This document shows, piece after piece, positions 18,751-28,216 of a stretch of 64,000 nt of DNA. Location of the stretch: NCBI GenBank assembly GCA_943787795.1, contig CALSNU010000002.1, positions 96,001 through 160,000 of the forward strand. The letters are read 5' to 3'. Position 1 is the first letter of the stretch. Each line of letters starts with the position of its first letter. Made by a program: the position numbers and the translations under genes. The DNA is from an uncultured bacterium. GTDB lineage: Bacteria > Planctomycetota > UBA1135 > GCA-002686595. The notes under the pieces were generated by a model that saw nothing but the letters and a program-made list of their open reading frames with translations, did no database searches and was not told the DNA's origin.

Positions 18751-18917
18751 CCTGACGGGCCCTGCCTGAGCGGCCCTGCCTGAGCGGCTCTGCCTGACCG
18801 ATCTGGCCTGAGCGGCCCCCCTGACTGGCCTTCCTGACGGGCCCAGCCTCACCGGTCCGGCCTCACCGGTCCGGCCTGGCGGGTCTCGCTCGGCTGGTCC
18901 CGGCTGGCCGGGCACCC
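18751..18917. repeat. Degenerate 13-14-bp tandem array (about 12 units)
   Basis: cctgacgggccctg/cctgagcggccctg/cctgagcggctctg/cctgaccgatctgg/.../cctcaccggtccgg x2; intergenic between convergent genes. Confidence 0.8.
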
Positions 18918-19009
18918 CCGGACGAATGACCCTCGAAGCCGGCACTCCACTCGCCCACTCCGGTCCGCGCGCCGCACTCAAGGCAGCAGCGCCCAAGAGG
19001 GATCAGCGG

Positions 19010-21301
19010 TCAGCCGTCGCCGCCGCCAAGGAGGTGCTCCTGAATGAGCGCCCACTCGGTCTGACGCGAGTGCCAGGCGAGGTCGCGATCGCGGATCCCG
19101 TGACGCGTCTGGGGGTAGGCCATCATGGACCAATCGGTCTTGCCAGCCTTCATGAGCGCGTGCGCCATCTGGAACATGTTCTGCACGTGCACGTTGTCGT
19201 CCATGATCCCGTGGTGCATGTGGAGGAAGCCATTGAGGCCCTTCGCCACGCCGAGGACGCTGGTCGCCTCGTAGCCCTCGAGGTTATCCGAGGGTGTCCG
19301 CATGTAGCGCTCGGTGTAGATCGTGTCGTACATGCGCCAGTCGTAGACGCCGCCCCCGGCGACGCCGAGCTTGAAGCGATCCGTTCGACACAGACAGTTC
19401 GCGGTCATGGTGCCGCCGAAGCTGTACCCCGTGATGCCCACGCGGTCGCCGTCGGCCCAGGGGTTCGCGGTGAGCCAGTCCAGGACGTCGACCATATCGT
19501 CGACCTCCTGCAGCCCCACGCGTCGATAGAGCGCGGAGGTCGCGTCGTGGCCGCGGCTGGTGGACGAGCGCACGTTGGTCTGCAGCACGAGCACGCCCTG
19601 CTGCGCGAGGAACTGGAAGAAGGTGCTGCTGTTCCAACGGTTGCGCACCGACGGCGCAGCCGGTCCCGAGTAGGTGGAGATCCACACGGCGTAGGAGCGC
19701 GCGGGGTCGAAGTCCGCCGGCTTGAGCAGCGCCACGTCGAGCTCCACGCCGTCCCGCGTGGCGACCCGATGGAGCTCCCAGGCACCGATGCCGTAGTCCT
19801 TGGCCGGCGCCTCCGCCCGACCGAGCTCCTTGACGATAATCCCCTCCGCGTCGCAGACCCGGACCACGCCGGGGTTGGTGAGGCTGGAGAAGCGGTCAAT
19901 GAAGTAGGTCCGCGCCTCGTTGAAGGAGACCGAGTGGGACCCCTCATCCGACGTGAGGCGGACCAGCCCGGTCCCGTCGAGGGCGACCCGATAGAGGTTC
20001 GAGTTGATGTCCCCGTCCGCGGTGGACTGGAACCAGACGTGACCCGGAGAGTCACCCTCCGGGGCGTCCACGTGCTCGACGCCCCGGAGGTTCCAATCCC
20101 CAGAGGTGACCGCGCCCAGCAGCTCGCCGTCGAGCCGATAGCGGTAGAGGTGGTCCGTGCCCGTCCGGTGGCTCTGCCAGAGGAACGTGCCATCGCCCAG
20201 CCAGATCGGAGGCTCCGGGCGCTCGGTCCAGGTGGAGGATTCCTCGCGGATGAGCACCTCTCCCTTGCCCGTCTCCGGGTCGACGCTCAGGAGGTCCATC
20301 CAGGTCTGGATGCGGTCCTGGACGTAGACGAGGCAGCGCCCGCCATCCGGCGTCCAGCCCACCCGCACCACGAGGATCTCCTGCCCGTCGTAGGCCGAGA
20401 GATCGACCCAGGCCGTGGCCGCGGTGTCCGCGTCGGTGATCCCCACTCTGACGATAGGGTTCGGGTCACCGACCTTCGGGTAGTTGGTGACCTCCGACTT
20501 GACCCGGAAGGTCGAGTCCTCGATGTGGTCCACCACCGTGAACTCGTAGACGGGGCTCTCGTCGAGGGCCAGGAACGCGAGGTGCTCGGAGTCGGGGGAC
20601 CAGAAGTGCCCGAGGAAGTTGCCGCGGCCGTAGATCTCCTCCTGATAGACCCAGTCGAGGATGCCGTTGAACTGGTCGGGTCCGCCGTCGCTGGTCACCG
20701 GAGCGACGTCCCCGGTCGCGGTGTTCACCATGTAGAGGTCGTTCCCACGGACGAAGGCGAGCGCCTTTCCGTCGGCGGACATGCGGTCGTAACGAATCTC
20801 CCCGTCTACGCCGCGGGCGAGGACCCTGGGCGCCTCACCAACCCGGTGGAACCACAGCTCCTCGTTCAGGTACGCCATGCGCGCCGCGCCGTCGTCCGAG
20901 AGCTGCTCCGGGCGCTTCTCGAGGCCCCTGGCGATGCGCTGAGCCTCCTTCTCCGATCGGCCCCCCTGGGCCTGAATCAGCTCCGCGAGGCCTGCGAGCG
21001 GAGCGGCCTCCTGGCTCCCCTCCTCCACAGGCTGGCCTGCGGGCTTGCCCATCTCACCGGTCCGAACATCCAACCAGAGGGCATTCTCGCCTCGCCCCAC
21101 CTCCACGTGCTCGCCGTCCCAGGCCCAGCGGGCGCGCGGGAGCGAGGGAGAGAGGTTGATCGGCTCGCTGCCCGGCCTCCGGCTCGTCTGTTCCAGGGTG
21201 ATCCTCTTCTCGGAGGCCTGGGCGGGAGCCTCCACGGGAGCCTCCACGGGAGCCTGGAGGCTGGAGGTGGCCGCGCTGAGGAGCAGGATCGTGAGGAGCA
21301 T
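19010..21301 (-). CDS. S9B dipeptidyl peptidase IV family protein
   Basis: DWVYQEE, YPKVGDPNP, GYSFGG nucleophile elbow, YDTIYTERYM, HGIMDDNVH, YPQTRHG; start placed at signal peptide MLLTILLLSAA. Confidence 0.93.
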   Translation of the reverse strand: MLLTILLLSAATSSLQAPVEAPVEAPAQASEKRITLEQTSRRPGSEPINLSPSLPRARWAWDGEHVEVGRGENALWLDVRTGEMGKPAGQPVEEGSQEAAPLAGLAELIQAQGGRSEKEAQRIARGLEKRPEQLSDDGAARMAYLNEELWFHRVGEAPRVLARGVDGEIRYDRMSADGKALAFVRGNDLYMVNTATGDVAPVTSDGGPDQFNGILDWVYQEEIYGRGNFLGHFWSPDSEHLAFLALDESPVYEFTVVDHIEDSTFRVKSEVTNYPKVGDPNPIVRVGITDADTAATAWVDLSAYDGQEILVVRVGWTPDGGRCLVYVQDRIQTWMDLLSVDPETGKGEVLIREESSTWTERPEPPIWLGDGTFLWQSHRTGTDHLYRYRLDGELLGAVTSGDWNLRGVEHVDAPEGDSPGHVWFQSTADGDINSNLYRVALDGTGLVRLTSDEGSHSVSFNEARTYFIDRFSSLTNPGVVRVCDAEGIIVKELGRAEAPAKDYGIGAWELHRVATRDGVELDVALLKPADFDPARSYAVWISTYSGPAAPSVRNRWNSSTFFQFLAQQGVLVLQTNVRSSTSRGHDATSALYRRVGLQEVDDMVDVLDWLTANPWADGDRVGITGYSFGGTMTANCLCRTDRFKLGVAGGGVYDWRMYDTIYTERYMRTPSDNLEGYEATSVLGVAKGLNGFLHMHHGIMDDNVHVQNMFQMAHALMKAGKTDWSMMAYPQTRHGIRDRDLAWHSRQTEWALIQEHLLGGGDG

Positions 21302-21431
21302 GGAGATCGGGGGTGGACGGGAGACGGCAGTTCGCGGAGTGCCTATTTTAGGCAGAGCCCGTGAATAGACGGGCGCTCCGCTCGTACGGACGCTGAAAGG
21401 TTTCACAAGGCACCCAATCCACCCCTCGATC

Positions 21432-23190
21432 ATGCTCGCCCTCACTCCTCTTGCGCTTCCCCTGCTCCTCTCCGCCGGCGGGAGCCCCCAGCCTGCGACA
21501 TCCGACCTCCTCGCGGCCATCCCCGAGGACGCCCTGATCGCCGTCCACGTCCCGGACCCCCGCGCGATCATCGCGGCACGTGAGACCAACGCCATGGTCG
21601 GCTTCATGCTCGACCCGGAGTGGGAGTCCATCGCCGCGCTCTTCATGGGCGAGGACGAGGGGAGCGTGCGCATGCTCGACGAGCTGAAGGGGCTCCGCCA
21701 GCAGGCCATCGAGGCCATGTCGGACGCCGCCGGGCTCGTGGCCTTCGCGACGGCGGCCCCTGAGACGGGTGAGGACATGACGATCGGGGTCGTCGCCCAG
21801 GGCGGACCGAAGGTGGCCGCGATGATCGAGGAGATGTTCGTCGGCGAGTCCGCCTCGACGCTCCAGCTCTCGCCGTCGCTGATCGCGAGGGTCACCCCGG
21901 CCGCCGAGGGCCGCATGGCGCGCGCCTTCGCCACCACCGGCAACCTGGTGGTGGGGATCGAGTCCGAGTCCGGTGAGGCCGTGGCGAGAGAGCTCGCGGC
22001 CAAGTGCCTCTCCGGCGGGGCCGAGCGCCCCGGCGGGCCCTTCGGCGTCCCCGGCGTGGCGGTCGAGCGGCGCGAGTGCGCCGTCGAGATGGCCGTCAAC
22101 CTCGGGCCCATCTGGGATTCGGCGCGGGCCGAGGGCTTCAACAGCCCGATCGAGGAGCAGATGTTCGAGATGATGGTCGGCGGGTACCAACTGGATGTAC
22201 GGCTACGCCTCCCTCGGGAGCGGCGAGAAGATCGACTCCGCGGTCGTCCTCCCCTACCTCGAGGAGTCCGACCTCGCCGGCCTCTTCGCGAACTTCGGCA
22301 GCGCCGACCTCTCGACCTTCCGCAGCGTGCCCGCGAACGCCCACACGGCCTCCGCCATGTCCCTGGACCTCGAGGGCATCTTCGACTGGGCCATGGACCT
22401 CGTGAAGGCCGACTCCGAGGAGGGCTACGAGCAGGTCATGGGCATGATCGGAGGGGTCACCGAGATGTCGGGGATCGACCTCATCGAGGACATCCTCGGC
22501 AACATGACCGGGCAGTTCCTCACCTTCTCGGCAGTCAAGTCCGAGGACGACGCCGCGAGCACCGAGCCCAGCCTCATGGACCTCGCCATGGCCGGCAACC
22601 TCGCGGGCGATGACGTCACCATGATCGCCTTCGTCGAGGACACCGAGGTCCTGCTCGAGGCCATCGAGTTCGCGCTCGATATGAGCGGGATGGGTGAGAT
22701 GGTCGAGTCCGGCAGCATGGAGGGCGGCGAGACCGGCTCCTTCGAGACCTGGACGCTCGACCCGGACATGGGGATGGGCTCCATGAAGATTGCTCTTGGC
22801 GCCGGCCGACTGATCTTCTCTAGCAACCCCGCGCAGTTGAGCGACTACGTCGCGGGCATCGGCACCGAGCGCGCCTCGTCGTTCGGGGCGGACAAGAAGG
22901 TGGCCGCGGCGCTCACGCAGCTCTCCGGGGCCGCTGTGAACGTCCAGAAGACCGGCAAGGTCCTGGAGTCCATGGCGAGCTCCCTGAAGATGATGGGCTC
23001 GATGTTCGGCGAGATCACCCTCGCCGATCCGGGCTCCGACATCGACAACAGCATCAACGCGATGTTCGCGCGCATGGCGCTGGCCTCTGACCGCGTGGTG
23101 GAGCTCGGCCGCCGCTACTTCGAGGGCACCACCTCAGGGGACATGGTCATGGAGGCGGGCAAGATGCGGTTCCGCACGAGCAGCCGCTGA
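21432..23190 (+). pseudogene. Secreted hypothetical protein split by an apparent +1 frameshift near 22180-22185
   Basis: ORF 21432 has a signal peptide and acidic/Met-rich protein-like sequence up to ..FEMMVGG, then turns Arg/Pro-rich; the adjacent frame continues G-T-N-W-MYGYASLG.. to 23190 with the same composition. Confidence 0.7.
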
Positions 23191-23328
23191 TCCATCTCCC
23201 TGCGAGCCAGACCCCTGCCCGGCGGGTCCCTGCCCGGCGAGCCCAGGATTGAACGCGCCCCGCGCCCCCCTAGAGGAGGTCGCGGGGCGCGCCCGTAGAG
23301 GTCTAGCCTGGCGGCATGGCGACCCCGG

Positions 23329-24666
23329 CTAGCCGCGCTGCCGCTTGTATTGCTCGAAGGGGTCCTCGAGGGGCTGCTGCTCGCCGCCGACCTCCTGGGT
23401 GGGCCCGTCATTGGGCAACGCAGGCTCGGGGCTCGGCTGCAAGCCGAGCGCGGGTGCGGGAGGGGGAGCGGATGCGGGGCCGGGGGCGGCTGAGTAAGCC
23501 TCTCCGTGCTCGGGGGTCATGTCTGCGGGCATGTCCATCGGCGCCGCCGGGAGCGGGCTGGCGGGCATCACAGGCTGTCCGACGACCCCGGGCTGCCAGT
23601 GCACGCCCGCGGCCTGAAGGCTGTCCACGAAGCCGTCCTTCTGGATCGACTTGGAGTACGCCTCCTCGGGCGTGACCTCGCCGCTAACGACCAGCTTCGT
23701 GAGGGCGTCGTTCAGGAGGACCATCCCGGACTTTCCACCCATCTGCATCACGCTCATGATCTGGTGAGTCTTGCCCTCGCGAATCAGGGAGCTGACCGCG
23801 CTGTTCACGGCGAGCACCTCGAGGGCCGCCACCCGGCCGCCCGCCTGCCTCTTGCAGAGGGTCTGCGCCACGACCCCCTTGAGCGACGAGGAGAGCATCG
23901 TTCGGATCTGCGCTTGGCGGTCGGCAGGGAACTGATCGATGATCCGGTCCACGGTCGACGGCGCGGTGGTGGTGTGCAGCGTGCCGAAGACCAGGTGACC
24001 GGTCTCTGCGGTCTCGATGGCGATCTCGATGGTCTCGAGGTCCCGGAGCTCGCCGACGAGGACGATGTCCGGGTCCTCGCGCAGGGCGGCCTTGAGGGCG
24101 CGCTTGAAGGAAGCGGTGTGCTGCTTCACCTCGCGCTGGTTGATCAGGCACCGCTGGTCCTGGTGCACGAACTCGATCGGGTCCTCGATCGTGATGATGT
24201 GGTCAGGTCGATTCTTGTTGATGAAGTCGATCATCGCAGCGAGCGTCGTCGACTTGCCGCTCCCTGTCGGACCCGTCACCAGCACGAGCCCCTTGGAGAG
24301 CATGCAGAAGTCCCTGGCGACATCGGGGAGATTCAGCTCCTCGAAGGTCAAGAGCTCCTCTGGGATGACCCGAAAGGTGGCCGCCGGGCCTCGACTGTCC
24401 ACAAAGAGGTTGCCGCGGAAGCGAGCGAGACCCGGGATCTCGTAGGCGAAGTCCGCGTCGAAGGTCGCCTCATAGGTCTCCCACACGGACGGGATGCAGA
24501 TCTCCTTGAAGATCAGCTGCATCTGATCCGGCGGAATGGCGTCACACTCCTTCACCGGCACGATGTCGCCGTGCAGCCGAAACTGCGGCTTCGTGTTGGA
24601 GGTCATGTGAAGGTCAGAGGCGCCCACCTCGACCATTCGTTTGAACAGCGCGTCAATCCAGGCCAT
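23329..24666 (-). CDS. pilT: Type IV pilus retraction ATPase PilT/PilU with Pro-rich tail
   Basis: GASDLH, GLVLVTGPTGSGKSTTLAAMID, TIEDPIEF, ALREDPDIVLVGELRD, AETGHLVFGTLHT, LIREGKTHQI. Confidence 0.93.
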   Translation of the reverse strand: MAWIDALFKRMVEVGASDLHMTSNTKPQFRLHGDIVPVKECDAIPPDQMQLIFKEICIPSVWETYEATFDADFAYEIPGLARFRGNLFVDSRGPAATFRVIPEELLTFEELNLPDVARDFCMLSKGLVLVTGPTGSGKSTTLAAMIDFINKNRPDHIITIEDPIEFVHQDQRCLINQREVKQHTASFKRALKAALREDPDIVLVGELRDLETIEIAIETAETGHLVFGTLHTTTAPSTVDRIIDQFPADRQAQIRTMLSSSLKGVVAQTLCKRQAGGRVAALEVLAVNSAVSSLIREGKTHQIMSVMQMGGKSGMVLLNDALTKLVVSGEVTPEEAYSKSIQKDGFVDSLQAAGVHWQPGVVGQPVMPASPLPAAPMDMPADMTPEHGEAYSAAPGPASAPPPAPALGLQPSPEPALPNDGPTQEVGGEQQPLEDPFEQYKRQRG

Positions 24667-24766
24667 GTCTTCTTAGGGTTGTGTTCCAGCGGGGATCGCC
24701 GGCCTTTGGGTCCACGAGCGGCTATCGGCAGGAACGGGACAATCCTCAAGCCGATACGCTCATCGG

Positions 24767-26116
24767 ATGACGCGTCTCCATCCCGACGACACATCGTGGT
24801 CGCTCGCTCCCTCCTCCAGGGCCTCCCAGGCGCCCTGCCTCGGTCCTTCCCGGCCCTCCGCGCGGGTCGGTCCAGCGACGCTCTGGGTGGGCGCCATCGC
24901 CGCCCTGGGCGCCCTCCACGGCTGTGGAGACCCTCCGGAGCCGAGCCCGTCGACCCGCCCGTTGGCCCCCGGCGCCTGGCGGGCGACGCTCGCCAGTCCG
25001 GGCGGAGCGATCACCTTCGGGCTCGACCTGGAGGAGTCCGAGGGGGGCCTGCGCGCCGTACTCGTGAACGGAGCAGAGCGCCAACCTGCCGGCCTGCTCG
25101 AGGAGGCCGGCGAGCAGGTTCGATTCGAGCTGCCCCCCTATCGCTCGGCGGTGGTCGCGACGCCTGACCCGGACGGGCGCGGCCTCACGGGATACTGGGA
25201 ACGGGACGTCGGCGAAGGCCCCGTGCCGCTGCTGCCCTTCGCGGCGGTGGCTGGTACGGACGCGCGGCCACCCGCCCTCCCGGACGCCACCACGCCCGGC
25301 CGCCTCTCTGGGACGTGGCGCGTCCGCTTTGAAGGGGATGAGGATGACGCCATCGGCCTCTTCCAAGTCGAGGCCACAGGGCGCGCGTCCGGGACCTTCC
25401 TCACGACCCTCGGTGACTATCGCTACCTCAGCGGTTGGTTCGATGGAGCGGCCCTGCGCCTCGCGTGCTTCGACGGCGCCCACGCGTTCCTCTTCGAGGC
25501 CAGCCTGAACGACGCGGGCGACCTCTCCGGAGACTTCTGGTCACGGGACTCCTTCCACACGACCTGGACGGCGACTCGCGACGAAGGAGCGAAGCTCCCC
25601 GACGACTTCACGCTGACCCGCTGGGCCGAGGGTGAGGACCTCGAAGCGCTGACCTTCCCGGACGTGGAGGGCGAGCGCAGGACCCTCGGCGAGCTCTTGC
25701 CCGCCGAGTCGGCCGGGCTCTTGGTGGTGTTCGGCACATGGTGTCCGAACTGCAACGACCTGACAGCGACGCTCGTGGAGCTGCAGCGCCGGTACCCAGA
25801 CCTCCGCATCGTGGGAGTGGCCTTCGAGCTGGGTTCGGATCCCGTGAAGCACCGAGAGGCCGTCCGCGGTTACATCGACCATCACGGGATCGAGTATCCG
25901 GTCCTCATCGGGGGCAGCGCCTCGAAGGCACTCGCCAGCGAAGCCCTGCCCATCCTTGACCGCGTCCGTGCCTATCCCACGACCGTCTTCCTGGAACGAG
26001 GTCGGCGCCCCGCAGCGGTCCACACGGGCTTCAGTGGCCCGGCCACCGGACAGCGATACGAGGCCCTTGTGGCACGCTTCGAGTCCGAGATCCAAACGCT
26101 GATCGGCTCGCGGTAG
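24767..26116 (+). CDS. TlpA-like thioredoxin-fold lipoprotein with N-terminal beta domains
   Basis: LHGC lipobox; FGTWCPNC; RAYPTTVF; HTGFSGPATG; TACGCT 6 nt upstream of ATG. Confidence 0.85.
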   Translation: MTRLHPDDTSWSLAPSSRASQAPCLGPSRPSARVGPATLWVGAIAALGALHGCGDPPEPSPSTRPLAPGAWRATLASPGGAITFGLDLEESEGGLRAVLVNGAERQPAGLLEEAGEQVRFELPPYRSAVVATPDPDGRGLTGYWERDVGEGPVPLLPFAAVAGTDARPPALPDATTPGRLSGTWRVRFEGDEDDAIGLFQVEATGRASGTFLTTLGDYRYLSGWFDGAALRLACFDGAHAFLFEASLNDAGDLSGDFWSRDSFHTTWTATRDEGAKLPDDFTLTRWAEGEDLEALTFPDVEGERRTLGELLPAESAGLLVVFGTWCPNCNDLTATLVELQRRYPDLRIVGVAFELGSDPVKHREAVRGYIDHHGIEYPVLIGGSASKALASEALPILDRVRAYPTTVFLERGRRPAAVHTGFSGPATGQRYEALVARFESEIQTLIGSR

Positions 26117-26305
26117 CGCCCCGCTCGGGCACCAGGAGCCCGGTGAAGGGTCCGGGAGCACGGACCCTGAGAGCGCGCTCTGAGAGCGGCTCCTGGCAAG
26201 GGGCCCTTCAAGCGGCCCCTCAATCAGGGTCACATGGAAGCACTCTCGCCCTCCAGGGGGGTGAGAGGGGAGGAACCGCCAGCCGAAACGTCTTATCATC
26301 TGGGC

Positions 26306-26776
26306 ATGCCGTTCCTCGTCCTGCTCCTCCTGATCGGTGGCGTCATCGCCGCGCCAGGCGTCCTTCTTGATCGCTCATGGAAGGTGGGAGGTCAGGTCCA
26401 GGCTGCGATGGAGCGCGGCGAAGCCCCAAGCAACGAGGTCGTCGAGGTCTCCATCCTCCGCCTCAAGAATGCGCGTTACCGGAAGGGCCGGTCCCTGCCC
26501 GAGTGGGTCCAGGAGCTGGACGGCAAGAAGATCAGCCTCTGGGGCTACATGGCCATCGGGACCCTCGAGGGGCTGGGAGAGTTCGAGCTCGTCCCCGAGT
26601 CCTGCGAGTGCGGCAAGTCGAAGGTCAACCACTTCGTCCAGGTGACCCTCGACGACGACGTCACGCGCTTCATCCCCGGCCGGATCACGCTGGTGGGAAC
26701 CTTCAGCTGCGGCGAGGTGGAGGAGGACGGCTTCATCACGAGCGTCTACCGCCTCTCCACCGACCAGCTCCCCTGA
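26306..26776 (+). CDS. DUF3299-like protein
   Basis: ELDGKKISLWGYM..FELVPESCECG..VQV..LVGTF..YRL parallels the DUF3299-like protein at 29431; N-terminal TM segment. Confidence 0.65.
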   Translation: MPFLVLLLLIGGVIAAPGVLLDRSWKVGGQVQAAMERGEAPSNEVVEVSILRLKNARYRKGRSLPEWVQELDGKKISLWGYMAIGTLEGLGEFELVPESCECGKSKVNHFVQVTLDDDVTRFIPGRITLVGTFSCGEVEEDGFITSVYRLSTDQLP

Positions 26777-26796
26777 GCGGGAGCCGCCCGCGCGCC

Positions 26797-28137
26797 ATGA
26801 ACCGACTCGTCCGCCTCGCCGCCGTCGCGGCCCTCGCCCTGTGCCCGTCCGTCTCCGCGCAGGCCCAGGAGACCCCCGCGCGCCAGTACACGCCCGAGCA
26901 GATCGACCGGCTCATCGTCCACGCCCAGTCGGGCTCCGCCGTCATCCGCCCCCAGGCCGCAGAGCGCCTGGCCCGGATCGGCAAGCCGGCGGCCGATCGC
27001 CTGCTCGCCATGGCGGGCACCTCCCTCGGGGAGTTGGCTCTGCTCGGCCCGAGCCTCATCGAGGTCCTTGGCCGCTTCGATGACCCGCGCTTTCGCGCGC
27101 TCCTCTGGCCGGCGATGGAGGACGCGGAGTTCCCCTGGCGACCGGCGGTCTCGCGCTCCCTGGCTCACCGCCCGCTGCCTGCGGAGTGGGGCCGCCTCCA
27201 GGGCTTCCTCGAGGATCCCATCGCGCCCGTCCGCCTCGCCACCCTGGACGCGCTCGCGCTCTTGTCGAGCGATGGCGATGCAGCGCGAGCGGTCCCCTTC
27301 GAGCCGCTCGCCGTCGCGCGCCTGACTGACGAGAACGACGTGGTCCGTCGGAGAGCCGCTGTCCTCCTCGACGGCCGCGGCCACAGCCGCGCGCTCCTGT
27401 GGCTGCTCGAGGACCTGCAGCGCACCGACACCTACTTTGACCTCCCGACGGGCGAGGCCGCCCGCTACGCGGCCGCCAACGCGCTCCAGGCCCTGGACAT
27501 CGACCTCGCCGGCTTCGAGGCGTACCTCCCCCCCACCAAGGAGACCAACCTGGCGGCCCTCGGATCGCTCAAGGAGCGCCTGCTCGCCCGCGCCCGCGCC
27601 TCCGAGGCCAAGCTCCCCGACGCGACTCGAGCGCTTGTCCCCCGGACGGTCCCCGCCATCGCACGGGTCGGCGGCCCCGTCGAGGGCGCCCGGCTCGGGC
27701 TGCTGCTGAAGTCCTGCCGGCGCGGTGATTACTACCTGCGTTGGACCGACGACGACCAGCTCATCATCGGCTACGGCAACCCCGCCCGGGTCAAGCTCCC
27801 CGAGGGCACAACGCGGCGCCTGATGGCAGCCGCAGACACGGCCCAGGAGGCTAACCCCGGCAAGGTCTACTGGGGCCGCCCGGGCTGCGACATGGAGAGC
27901 TTCCGCATGCCCCGCGTGGGCCAACCCGACGCCCGCCTGCAGCAGCTCATCCTCTCCAAAGATGAGCGGCCCGCGCCTGACCTGCGCCCCGCCGCCCTCT
28001 CCACCCTGGGCGCCGCGATGGCCGCGTCGATCCCGACCGACGATGTGCTGGACGCCAGCGACCCCCGAACCCGGGAGCTTGCGCAAAGGGTGCGCGGAGC
28101 GTTCGCGTCCATCGGCGGGCCGGTCGCGCCCCGCTGA
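26797..28137 (+). CDS. Secreted HEAT-repeat protein
   Basis: Signal peptide; repeats IRPQAAERLARIG, DPIAPVRLATLDAL, DENDVVRRRAAVLL. Confidence 0.7.
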   Translation: MNRLVRLAAVAALALCPSVSAQAQETPARQYTPEQIDRLIVHAQSGSAVIRPQAAERLARIGKPAADRLLAMAGTSLGELALLGPSLIEVLGRFDDPRFRALLWPAMEDAEFPWRPAVSRSLAHRPLPAEWGRLQGFLEDPIAPVRLATLDALALLSSDGDAARAVPFEPLAVARLTDENDVVRRRAAVLLDGRGHSRALLWLLEDLQRTDTYFDLPTGEAARYAAANALQALDIDLAGFEAYLPPTKETNLAALGSLKERLLARARASEAKLPDATRALVPRTVPAIARVGGPVEGARLGLLLKSCRRGDYYLRWTDDDQLIIGYGNPARVKLPEGTTRRLMAAADTAQEANPGKVYWGRPGCDMESFRMPRVGQPDARLQQLILSKDERPAPDLRPAALSTLGAAMAASIPTDDVLDASDPRTRELAQRVRGAFASIGGPVAPR

Positions 28138-28216
28138 GCCGCCCACTCGACGCTCGGCCCCGCGCCTCTCCGGAGTCTCCGCTCTCGGGCTCGGCTCTTG
28201 GGCTCGGCTCTTAGGC

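Noticed and set aside
18751..18917. Possible CRISPR array (also considered for 41189-41288)
   Set aside because: Units are 13-14 bp, adjacent, with no unique spacers; no cas genes.
21302..22141. Apparent N-terminal extension of the S9 peptidase (1043-aa ORF)
   Set aside because: Antisense to the gene at 21432; the signal peptide starts at 21301.
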